Assembly: GCA_044892525.1 (NCBI GenBank) | Contig: CM097885.1 | Coordinates: 114,576,001 to 114,640,000, forward strand | Source: Schmidtea polychroa | Lineage: Eukaryota | Direction of reading: 5' to 3' | DNA: 64,000 nt | Part shown: piece by piece, positions 26,506-37,134 of the stretch | Numbering within the stretch: the first letter of the stretch is position 1 | Layout of the letters: each line of letters begins with the position of its first letter | Notes under the pieces: generated by a model | The model's input: only the letters and a program-made list of their open reading frames with translations | Database searches by the model: none | What the model was told of the DNA's origin: nothing | Program-made: the position numbers and the translations under genes

Positions 26506-27200
26506 ATGTTTCAGAAATTCGTAATTTATATTTATCTTTGTATATTATAAAATATTTGAACTTTTAGGTTAAATTGTGTTTCAGCAGTTCTTTTAGAACA
26601 ATGGTTAATTATTCATAATTTTTTAATAAAAATATTTTTAAGAGTTCTAAATCGTGGAAAGTAACTCGCTTAAACCATGTTGCAATTGCTGTTCCTGATT
26701 TAGAAAAGGCAACCAAGTTTTTCCGTGATACTTTTGGTGCCAAAGTCAGCAAACCAGAGGTTTTTTAGATTCTAGTTTTTTTTATTATTTTTCTAAATTA
26801 CAATATAAATTTACTTGTCTTCTATGATTTTAATTACAGATTCGCCTATGAAGTTTAAATTGTTAAATTATAATTATAATTAATTGAATATTGCATATCA
26901 ACTAGGAATTATGTAAAAACAATCTAAGTTTATTAATTATAAACATAATTTTCTTATTTTAAAGTTGTAGTTAATATAATTATAAATATTTTATGTTTTC
27001 TTGTAATTATGTATGAAGATGTTTTATAATTTTAACAGTTCTATCCCAAATTTAATATAGTTTATATTCGTTATTCTACTTTTCAATTTTATTGCTGATG
27101 GTCTTGTTTTTCCAGCTTTTTTTAATTTTTAGTATTTTAGCCACAGAAAGAACACGGAGTTTACACAGTCTTTGTTGAATTAGAAAATGCCAAAATTGAG
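26506..27200 (+). CDS. MCEE: Methylmalonyl-CoA epimerase, exons 1-4 (26506-26520, 26568-26603, 26643-26759, 27141-27200)
   Basis: All phase-0 GT-AG joins give MFQKFVKLCFSSSFRTMSSKSWKVTRLNHVAIAVPDLEKATKFFRDTFGAKVSKPEPQKEHGVYTVFVELENAKIE: a transit-peptide-like leader plus the LNHVAIAVPDL VOC-fold motif. Exons 1-2 are less certain than 3-4. Confidence 0.93.
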
Positions 27201-27480
27201 GTAATTTTTTATTGAATTATTACAAATCTTATTGAATCTGTGTTAGCTAATCCAGGGATTTTAAAATTGACTGTAGATATTAAACTTATTTATTACTTCT
27301 ACCAGAAGATTTCACTTAGAAATAATAGTTTATTTCAGGAACTACGTTGAATACTCATCCGTACTTTTTAGTGACAGTAAATAAATAGATTAAAATTAAA
27401 TAGATTAAAATATTTTTTACCGATGTCTAACAATAAAATAAGATAAACATTACAAGCTTTGTGATACCCAGTGCAAATCC

Positions 27481-27526
27481 CAATAGTAGACTAGTTTCGA
27501 GCTTTTGGCTCTCATCAGTATTATAC
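27481..27526 (-). ncRNA. Minimal type I hammerhead ribozyme
   Basis: Minus strand: ATAATA CTGATGA GAGC CAAAA GCTC GAAA CTAGTC TACTAT. Complete core, 4-bp stem II, palindromic ACUAGU stem III, GUC cleavage triplet (+27489-27491), stem I with 5 of 6 pairs. Confidence 0.85.
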
Positions 27527-28653
27527 AGGAGACGTGAAGATTTCTCTTCGCGCCAGGTAAGTATACAATATTGCTGATTCAACTCTATTGCATACTTTAC
27601 CTGCTACACTGGAAATCACATCACTTGCAAATTCGCTAAATCACAGAATAAAAATATCTGCAAACTTGTAAACATGGCGTATGAAAAATCATATTCGCCT
27701 CTGGAGACACCGTCATATACAGAAACTGTTTACAAGTGCATCCGTAAACCTTTAGCATTTTTAACGGTATTTAATGAAAATGGAAGGATGTTTTTACCTT
27801 TGGAATTGTATAAAATCTGTTTTCCCACTTAGTTGCACAAATATTGTTTAATGTGAAATATTTTTATGTTTGTTTAACTAAATAGATCTAAAACCAAAAT
27901 TTCTATCCAACTAGACAACTCAAAATAACAATAATCATTAACCCCATGCCATCGTGAGACCAGACATAAGATTATTTTGGTTAACCGTATTGAAATGTAT
28001 AATTTGGAGTCACAAATGGAATAAATCATCTAATGAGTACACTTTGACCCTAAACGGAAGTTTTCAATATATACAATTTTTGTGTAGTTCATCCTAAAAA
28101 TCATAACAAGGTGAAGAAAATTAAATGCATTCACAAAAAGTTGAAATGTAATTTGGGATTTTATTGAATTACCTACCAGTTAGAATTTCTGCCTTAAAAT
28201 TAATAGAAATTTGAAAAAAAGATTAAAATAAAAACTGAAAATTATTGTATAGTTATGTGTAATATCGATTCCATGATTCTGTCTTCCAATTGTAAATTAT
28301 GAATTTTGTCATTTTAAGATGTTAGAATATTTATTGTCAATGTTTTTCATTATATTTTATTATTATTTATCAAATGCAAAATAATTAATTATTTAAAATT
28401 TTTAAGAAAGCTCAAACTGTCGAAATATATCGTAAAACGAATGTTCAAGTGGCGCTTTCTTGTAATGAAATTGTTATCATGTCTGTTTAATTATTTATTT
28501 AAAAATCATATTTCATTCTTAATTTCATTTCGAAAAATTATATTTTTATAACACATAAACCTCCCTGAAATTAAAAATTCCGGGTCTTTGTGAAATTTTG
28601 GCATGGAAGAAATAGGACTCTGAAACAAATCGAAAAACGTAATAAAAATAACA

Positions 28654-28930
28654 ATGAATAATAAATTTTCAGATGTATTTCCTTGTGAAAACCTAGACAA
28701 GACAAAAAACAATTATGTAGTATTTGATGATTATGTAAATGATAAAAATCAACAAGTAATGAAATCATACTTAACAAGATCTCGACATACAAATTGTTGG
28801 TTGTTGTATTTATCTTTCACAAAAGTATTTTGATTTACCTAGAAGATCAATTCGTGGAAATTCTAATTTTTATATATTCTTTGAATTGAATAAACGTGAT
28901 CAGTTTATACTGATTTATTTTCTACCTTGA
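28654..28930 (+). pseudogene. Maverick/Polinton A: A32/FtsK-like packaging ATPase, C-terminal part
   Basis: YVVFDDYVNDKNQQVMKSYLTRSRHTNC..LYL(fs)SQKYFDLPRRSIRGNSNFYIFF (Walker B plus the RH / Q.YF..P..IR.N motifs). Confidence 0.8.
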
Positions 28931-29479
28931 TTGAAAAACAGGAATTTAATTAATTTAACAAGAACAACCAATAATTGATGATATATTGGCAACTCCAAAT
29001 ACAAGGACATTTAAATTGAATGTAAATTTAGATTCATTTTCTGCTCCAAAAAATTTACCAAAATTAATTGAAGCAACTTAAATAGGAGATAAAGAAGGAA
29101 TAACATTGTTGATGAATGATGATAAATATATAATTACTTTGGAACAAGATTCATTTTATATTTTCTATCCCCAAAAAGATGTGAAGTATTTCCTATCACC
29201 TGGTTTATTATTATGCATTGAAGGAAATGTATTTGATGTTGATGGAAGCTTACAAGTTTCAAAAAATGAAATTGGAATACATTTTAAATTGGTTAAAGAT
29301 TTAAAAAATTTTGTTAGAATTTACTTATTAAATAAAATTAAATGTTGCTTAAGAACGTTTGGAAAAATTAGAGCTAGAAAAAGAATTGGAATTCAAAGAT
29401 TCAGAAGGAGAACAAGAATCAGAACTACAACCAGAATTTGAAAAAAGTAAAAATATTAAAAAAATTAAAACTGAATAAA

Positions 29480-29650
29480 AGGGAAAAGGTTTGTCAAGTA
29501 TATTTTATTTTCCAGATAATCCAATTTCACTATTTGAAAATTTGATTAAATTATTAGCAGCAACATGATAATACTTATAATCAAGTTAATGCAATTTTAC
29601 AAAGACTTGGAACTTAAATTAATAACAAGTGACAAGTATAAAAAAGATTT
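29480..29650 (+). pseudogene. Maverick A small conserved ORF remnant upstream of the major capsid gene
   Basis: GKGLSSIFYFPDNPISLFENLIKLLAA...NQVNAILQRL, a pattern recalled from invertebrate Maverick small ORFs. Confidence 0.45.
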
Positions 29651-29699
29651 TAAAAAGATTCTTCAAAATAGATAATAAAACTAAAATTTAACAATAAAA

Positions 29700-30891
29700 A
29701 TGGCATCAAGTTTTGATTTTAACAAGACCTTTTTATTTTAATCATGATATCCGAAAACAAGATTACATGGAAATATTCCCATCAACAGCAAGTGCAAAAG
29801 CATTAAATAATGGAGGTAAAATATATTAAAACATTAATCAATCTTCAACCTCTCTAGATATTTCTAATTCACTTTAGTATTTCAAGGTTAAAATAACTGG
29901 AAATGAAGTAACTGATAAATTTACATTTTAACACAATTGGATACTAAATATTTTTACTATAAAATTAGGACCATCAGAATTAGAAAGAATAGATCGTCCT
30001 GGTCCAACTTCTTCAATTTTAAATTTTATCATGGCAGATTCAGATTTTTAAAAACAACATGGAGAATTTAGTGGATGGATGTTGGTGATGGAGTAGTAGA
30101 AAATAAAGGTTATAAAAAACGAGTTGAATTATACAAGCGGAATGTGTTTGAAGGAATGTTTCTATTAAAAACTCTATTTGGATTCTTTCAAAATTACAAT
30201 AGATTAATATATTTAATACCATTTGAACTTTCAATGACATTGAATAATGATTTCAAAAGTTGTTTATTCGAAACAGTTGTAAATGCAGCAACTAAAATAA
30301 AATTTGAAAGTTTAACACTTGGTTTCATCAATAACTTATAATTCAAAACTAGAAACTAGAATAATGGATAGAATTAATATTGAAAAACCTATAACAGTAA
30401 AATTTTTTCAAAGAACTAGGTATAGTTGGAAACCAACATTTTTAAATTCTAGACCTCGTTATATTTTTATTGGGTTTAAAGAAGAAACACCGGATTTTAC
30501 AAAGAATAATTCAAAATTCATTCAATCATTTGGAGGAGATAAAGAGATTCATTCTCTAAGGGTTCAATTAAATACAACTTGGTATCCTTTAGATCCCATG
30601 AATTTTAATAGTAAAAATAATTAACAAGCAAAACCATATCAGGCATATATAAATTCTTGTAAATCATGTGGAGTAGATCCACAAACAAATTTGATTAATT
30701 TTAAAAATTTATATTCTATATTTGGTTTTGATGTATCTGATTAAGATGAAAAATTATCTATTAATGGTGTTAATGTTAAGATTGATATTGAAAAGAATAC
30801 AGGTTTTACAGCAAAATGTTTTTGTGTAATTTTGACAGAGCGAGAAGTAGAAATTCAATTGAAAAATGGAAAAATAATTAATATTTTGTAG
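29700..30891 (+). pseudogene. Maverick A major capsid protein (hexon-like, double jelly-roll)
   Basis: LFGFFQNYNRLIY.IPFELSMT, SRPRYIFIGF, LRVQLNTTWYP, FKNLYSIFGFDVS; many in-frame stops. Confidence 0.8.
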
Positions 30892-30962
30892 ATAAAATGT
30901 ATGAAAAATTGGAAAAAATGGTTAATATATTGTCAACAAAATATTCAACGACTTTCTTTTAA

Positions 30963-32744
30963 CACGTTGACTGCCATATGCCCCACCCGCAGTACACAGT
31001 ACATTTTTATACATATGCCACGTGTAACGCCGGCGGTACATACATAATACTACTGAATAATCATGTTTTTCTTGTGGCAGTGGGCTTAAACTGTTTATTT
31101 ATATACAGTGGCACCTTGATAAAAGTAAATTAAGGTTTTTTTGTTATGGTTTACATCTACATTTAGAGGTATAGCTGGAACAAAATGGAGAAAAACGAAA
31201 AGATTACAAACATAAAAATTTTATTTCAAACATAAAAATTCATTAATTTGTATTATAAAAATTAACAAAACAAAAGAACTTCGGTATACATATATGAAAT
31301 ATAATAAAATATAATATAAAATAAAAATTAATGTAATTTATTAAAGCAATTTGTGCATAATGGCGGTTATCCTCACATCCACTGCAAAAAGTTGTAACTC
31401 TTGGTTTTTTTGTTGCTTCTTCTCGTCCTTTCTGCTGTTGCAATTGTTTGTAGCATTCAACACACCTTTTACGTATAACTCTATTTCTGTTGTCTCTGGT
31501 GGTATACGTTTGTATTAAATGCCGTCTAGCTGGTGGACGTTGTACTACACGGATACTGACGAAATTGATGTTTCGCAAAGGGATTCACAAATAGATTTTC
31601 TGAATTCAGCTATTTTTATATTTGGTTTACTTAGTTTGTATAAAATAAGCGCGTTTACAACGGCTATACTCAGAAGGTACTCAAATGCTATCTTATGGTA
31701 CCAGCGAATAGTTCTGCGTAAAGGCGTAAAATAGCTAGCCATCTGGTCAGATAAATCGATACCTGATTTGGCAAAATTATAATCAATTATCATTTGAAGC
31801 TTTATGATATCTTCATTGTTGCGATTTGTTTTGCCAGTTCGAACTTCTGTTAAGTCGTGCTTTGTGCTCAACATAAGAACTTCTCGCTTGTCCCTCCATT
31901 TAGCTACTACAATGCCTGAATTCTCTCGACCTATAACTTCATGCTTTCGGAGTTTAGCATTAGTGACTTCAGTAGGATTACCAATTCGGTTTTTCCTAAG
32001 AGTTCCCAGAAGATGAGTTTGCTGTGTTATCAAGGCATTAGCTAACGACCTAGACGTGTAGAAATTATCAGTAACAATAGTTCTACCGTTATTTAGATAA
32101 GGCGCAGCCAGATCGAGTACAATCTGAGTGCTATGTGTAGCACCTGGTGTTGGTCGTCCTCTTCTGGCCGAATCATCTGTTTTTCCGCAATAAATTTCAC
32201 TTGTATAGGTGTACCTAATTGGATCACAAAGCTTGTAAACTTTAACACCATATTTATGTGCTTTTCCGGGATTATATTGACGAAACATCAGTCTTCCACG
32301 CCAAGGTATCATGCTCTCATCCACAACCAACAGCTCACCTGGTATTTTAGCAGCTATAAATTTTTTTTCCAGGAGTTCAAGCAAATAGGCAACTTTACCC
32401 AAACGATAATTTTGTATGGTATCGTCATCTGCAAAATGAATAAATTTCAGCAATAATTGGAATCTATTTCGGGACATCTGTCTAGGAACAAATGAGTTGA
32501 GGTAAAAGTTAAACCTTACTATAACTAATTATGCAATCGATGATAATTAGAGACTGTGAATTATACCACAAAACATTTTTTTTCAAAAATATAAAAAATA
32601 ACCTGTGTACAGCCGGCGGCACACGCGGCACATAATGAAAACGGTATTTACTAGTTGCCGCGTGTACCGCCGGCTGCCACAGTCTATAATGTACTACGGC
32701 ACCGTAAGAATGTAGTATTTATATATATGGTGGCAGTCAACGTG
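30963..32744 (-). mobile_element. piggyBac transposon, internally deleted (1782 bp)
   Basis: 14-bp TIRs CACGTTGACTGCCA / TGGCAGTCAACGTG; flanks TTAA (30959-30962) and TTAT (32745-32748); GCCGGCGG subterminal repeats at both ends. Confidence 0.92.
31327..32477 (-). pseudogene. piggyBac transposase (PGBD4-like), 5'-truncated, C-terminal cysteine-rich domain frameshifted
   Basis: MSRNRFQLLLKFIHF, VVDESM, QYNPGKAHKYGVK, TDNFYTS, GIDLSDQ (all three catalytic Asp); CVEC...CSGC...LCTNCF in shifted frames. Confidence 0.92.
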
Positions 32745-33139
32745 TTATGTTCAACGCAGTTATTTGTTTCTGAATTTACAAATAAATTTCCTATTCCTTT
32801 ATGCTTGAATAGAAATTATAACTATAAAGTTGTATTGCAATGGTTTAAAGGTTTTAATAATGTTCGCAATGTTACAAGTGAAAATAATAAAATAATAATA
32901 GAATGGGTTTCAAAGAACGGAGTTACACAGTCAAGCTTGGCAAACTTAAAAGAATCAAAAGAAATAATTATACCCCCTGGAGCATATGAATTAAGTAATT
33001 TATTTTCAACAATTAAAATTCTAGTAAAAGATGTTTTGAATGTTAATAAAATGATTTTTCCAAAACAAATGCAAGAATATAAAACATGGTGTGAAAATCA
33101 TAGTGGTTTTGTTTTATAGTTGTAAAAATTATTGATCCA

Positions 33140-33970
33140 AATTTCATTTTATTTTCTGATGATAATGAAACCAGTATAAATTTATAACTTGAACCCTCTG
33201 CTATTTCCTTTTTTTATTTGTTCTATTTCTGTATTATCTTTTTTCCACTTATAATCTTCATCTTTTTCCATCGTGTTTATTATCGCGTCTTCGTGTGCCA
33301 ATAAACATGTACTCTTTGACAACATATCTGCCTGATCAGTACCTTTTCTATACTCTATTTTAATATCCAGACTACTGAGGTAGTAATTCCATGTCTGAAA
33401 TTGCGTTGTTTTTGGTTTCTTTGTGGATAACATAAACGCTTTATGGTTCGTTCTCAAAATGAACCGTTTCCCATATAAATAATGATTGAAGTGTTGACAA
33501 AAACAATAGATTGCCAGCAACTCTTTCCTTGTTATACAATATCCCTTTTCATGATTTCTCACTGCATGAGAACCGTATGCTATAACCTTTTCGCACCCGT
33601 TGTCGTTTTTCTATGAAAATACTGCTCCAATCTTGTCAAAACTCGCATCAGTATCGAAATCCGGAAACTCTAAAATAGGTGAGGACATTAAAGTATTTTT
33701 CATATTTTCGAATGCGATGTTGCATCCGTCAGTCCAAATTAATTTTTTGTTGTTTAACCCACATAGCTCTTCTAAAACTCTTGCCTTTTTTGAGTATTCC
33801 TTTATAAATCTTCTGTAGTAATTGCATATTCCTAGGAAGCTTCTCAGATTCTTAACACATTAAATGATTTAATCGCGTTTAACTTTGATGGGTCCGTCTG
33901 TATTCCATCTTTGTTGATTATATGACCTAAAATTTTGACTTCCTCTTTAAGGATATGGCACTTTTCAGGG
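33140..33970 (-). mobile_element. Ty3/Gypsy RT-RNase H fragment
   Basis: EVKILGHIINKDGIQTDP, FILDTDASFDKIGAV, HEKGYCITRKELL, ADMLS; same clade as 15090-16140 and 60460-60860. Confidence 0.88.
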
Positions 33971-33974
33971 TTTA

Positions 33975-35125
33975 TCCAGGTACGACTGATGTTTTATGTC
34001 ACTATCTTTCAATGTTACACCTTTAGCCTTTTTTGTTTCCTCATCACCCAACAAACTATAACAATTAGGTCTAAGAAAAACTCATTCCTTATATTTAAGA
34101 CCTTTTTTCGCGTCTTTGAACTTTCCAATGACAGAATCAAGGTTCTTACTATATAAGGAATGACAACTATCGTAATTGAAAGTATCTAATAAATTATCTC
34201 GGATCATTGCAGGTAAAAGAACCTCAAGTTTACAGTTAATTACTTCCAGGAAAAAAGAGTCTGTATTAACGATATTAATTTTACAACTAAACTCATTGCG
34301 AAATGTTTCTAAAAAAATTTATATTGTAATTCATACATTCTAAGTTTAGATAGATCAAGTACAGACTGACCAATGTAACTTGGTCTATCTAAATATATAG
34401 AATCTGAATTTAATAAAGCGGCAATTAAATTATCTATTTTAATGGATTTTTTAAAAGTTGGGTTTGAAGAATATTTAACTAATTTACCGTCGGTAGTACA
34501 TAGGCGAAGATTCATTCTTCTCTTTAAATTTCCTACTGTTTTACCATATAAGCTATTATTTAACAATTTATAATAATTTTTGTCTAAATTATTTATGCTT
34601 TTTGCTCTTAATTCAGTATTGGTATCTATGTATTTTTTAAAAATTGGAGATTGCTTAAATCTTACACCCCTATTTACATGTGTTACTTTAACACCAAGTT
34701 CCAAATATAATTTTAATAATCTCCAATGAATCACATAATTAGATTTTGGAAGATGGGTTAATAATAATTTTTCAACCTTTGAACCAGCAGGTTTCATTTT
34801 TTTCAGCAGCTACAGGGAAATCGTCCAACTTATCATGAAGCTCGGAAGGAATTACAACATCAACTTCAAGACAAAGATTCAAGATTTAAATTCCTACATT
34901 CGTCCATTATTAAATCAAATCCGTCAAGAACCCAACTAAATTCACGACAAGGTAATTGTTGACTTAAAGCCCAACCTTAAAGATTATTAATATCTATATA
35001 AAGTAACTCGGTGTTTTCATCGGTTTTTACATAATGTTTATTTACAAAAGTAAGACCGCCTCTTATTCCACCCTCATAATAGCTAAACATTTCATTTTCA
35101 GTTATCAGTTCAATCGGTTCATCTA
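33975..35125 (-). pseudogene. Maverick B protein-primed family B DNA polymerase, catalytic part
   Basis: GGIRGG, LLYIDINNL*GWALSQQLP, YYKLLNNSLYGKT, IVNTDS, GKFKD, LRP..YS, KKAKGV. Confidence 0.92.
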
Positions 35126-35330
35126 ATAGAATCTCATTGGATCAAATGCATATATTTTGTTTGGTTTTACATATATTGCAAGCCAATGTTCACCATTCAG
35201 ATTAGCAGATTGAGTATTTACAATTATTGCTTTGTTGACATCTAAATAAGGTATTTTGTCTAATGGAAAAACACCTTGAAATTCTTTTCCTAGTAATTTT
35301 CTTCCAATAATTTGTATCTGAATAGAACTA
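35125..35330 (-). pseudogene. Maverick B adenain-like cysteine protease, N-terminal half
   Basis: FQGVFPLDKIP...AIIVNTQSANLNGEHWLAIYV...AFDP (catalytic His and Asp); truncated before the catalytic Cys. Confidence 0.85.
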
Positions 35331-35406
35331 AATTAATAAGAATTAAATTATTTAAATTATTTCTTACTTCATATTTGATTAATTGATTTTCTATATTTGG
35401 TTTATA

Positions 35407-36746
35407 TTATACCAAAACAGTACGAGTAGATGTAATTTGAATTTCTTTTTCAAAAACTCCATATACAATTACAGAAACAGCTTCAGTAAGTGAAGATGCA
35501 AATTTAATATCTAATCGTAAATTTCCACTTTGTGGTAACTGACTTTGATGAAGATCAAAATCGGGTGCCAATACAAATTTAAAGAATGGATACTTATTCT
35601 TAAAATCAGACACGGGGATACCACAATTCATATTTTTATTTAGATATCCCATATTTATAACTTGTACTATAGTCATCTTTCTCAAAATCTTGACTATATT
35701 TTTCACGATAATCACTTCCTTTACTTAAAATTATGGACTTGACATGAAAACGATCCACTAAATATTTTACTAGATTGAAATGCAACAAGAATAAATTTAG
35801 TTAATCGTCTATCTCCAAATACTTCTTTATAAAAAGAGGAAGAACCAATAGGTAATGAGAAATCAACAACTTCTTTGCTTCTTAACCACTTAATCTACAC
35901 ATTTATTTTGAATTTTGTCTCAAAAACTTGTTTCTATACGAATATTAGAACTCCTAAGTAAATATGTATAATGTTCGCCCGTCTACGGCACGAGCATGTA
36001 AAATATCATAAGTAACTATAATGTTCGCCCGTCTATGTCACGGGCACGTACATTAAGTGGTTAAAGGATAGATTGCATTTTTTGTAGACAGACCAATTTG
36101 ATATCCTGCCAAAACCGATGGTTCAACACGAACTCTTCTAACCATTAATTTTGCATCTAATAATACAATTTTCGGTTCAATTTTCGCACAAGTTAAACTA
36201 AGTGTTGGATTAAATCTTGTAAATTTAATTTGAACACTAACACCTGGTAGTAAAATATTTAGTTTGATCAAAGAAATCAAATTGAAGTGGGGAACATAAA
36301 GAAAAGGATTTTGATTTTTCAATCCATGTTTTTCTCGTAAGATCTTTGTTAGTATACACCATTCCACCTAAAGATGTTCGTTTAGTATCTCCGTCATAAT
36401 TTATAAGTGTGTCAATTAATGCTTTGTGGGCAAATCTATCATTTGATCCTTCAACTTTGATTGAATTAAAAATTAATTCAACATCTTTAAAAAGGGTTTG
36501 GAAGAAATTATTTGGAATTTCTTCTGAATCACCTAAATTATTAACAACTTTCAATTGAATATACAACAAAGTATCATTCAAAACTAAATATTCAGTTTGC
36601 GATCCATTTATGTAAAATTGAATCGAGGATGAACCAGCATCTGTAATTGAATTCCTTGGGTATATATCTTCAAATGCTCCATGTTCAATTACTGCTTGGG
36701 GAGAAGGTCTATCGAAAAGACATAATTCTGATTTAGCGCTAATCAT
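35407..36746 (-). pseudogene. Maverick B major capsid protein (hexon-like), interrupted by a MITE
   Basis: KSELCLFDRPSPQ, IQFYINGSQTEYL.LNDT.LY, NNFFQTLF, SPLQFDFF.Q.KY..PGV, AIYPL|RSKEV across the MITE, GNLRLDIKFA...VIVYG.FE. Confidence 0.88.
35886..36060. mobile_element. piggyBac-type MITE (175 bp)
   Basis: TIR CCACTTAAT / ATTAAGTGG; TTAA on both sides (35882-35885, 36061-36064); internal duplicated ATAATGTTCGCCCGTCTA. Confidence 0.88.
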
Positions 36747-37105
36747 TTTTCAAAGATGGTACCATATCCTTTCATTCTTTTGTTTATATGTTTCTTCATA
36801 ATTTTTCGTCGTGTTCCGCCTTTTTGTTCTTTATCATTTTTAAATACATCGTATATTTTATTAATTACTTCAGGTAAATGTTGCATCACAGCAGGTAATG
36901 AATCCTTATTTTCAGAAATTGCATTTGATTTTAAAGCCGGCAAGATACTAGAATTATTATTTATTACGTCATTAGCTGTTTTCATACCAAAATTTACAAT
37001 TCGTCTAAGAATTGGGAGTGCAAATCTACCTATTGTCTTCAACCAACCGGTTCCATATTGTTTACCAACAAAATATGGTAAATCACCACCCGATTGGTTA
37101 CTACT
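36743..37105 (-). CDS. Maverick B small basic/amphipathic virion protein
   Basis: Open frame NQSGGDLPYFVGKQYGTGWLKTIGRFALPILRRIV...EQKGGTRRK, lying between penton and hexon; resembles Maverick/adintovirus amphipathic core proteins. Confidence 0.65.
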   Translation of the reverse strand, partial: SSNQSGGDLPYFVGKQYGTGWLKTIGRFALPILRRIVNFGMKTANDVINNNSSILPALKSNAISENKDSLPAVMQHLPEVINKIYDVFKNDKEQKGGTRRKIMKKHINKRMKGYGTIFEK

Positions 37106-37134
37106 ATAAAATGTATTATGTCAGGATTACTCAT

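Larger units (their letters stand above)
30897..33119 (+). pseudogene. Maverick A minor capsid (penton-like) gene split by piggyBac (30897-30962 and 32745-33119)
   Basis: MYEKLEKMVNILSTKYSTTF | ...SEFTNKFPIPLCLNRNYNY...FNNVRNVTSENNK...IIIPPGAYEL. Confidence 0.7.

Noticed and set aside
27980-28200. Possible left TIR of a single A+B Maverick
   Set aside because: Only short AT-rich similarities to the 39285-39570 repeats; not supportable.
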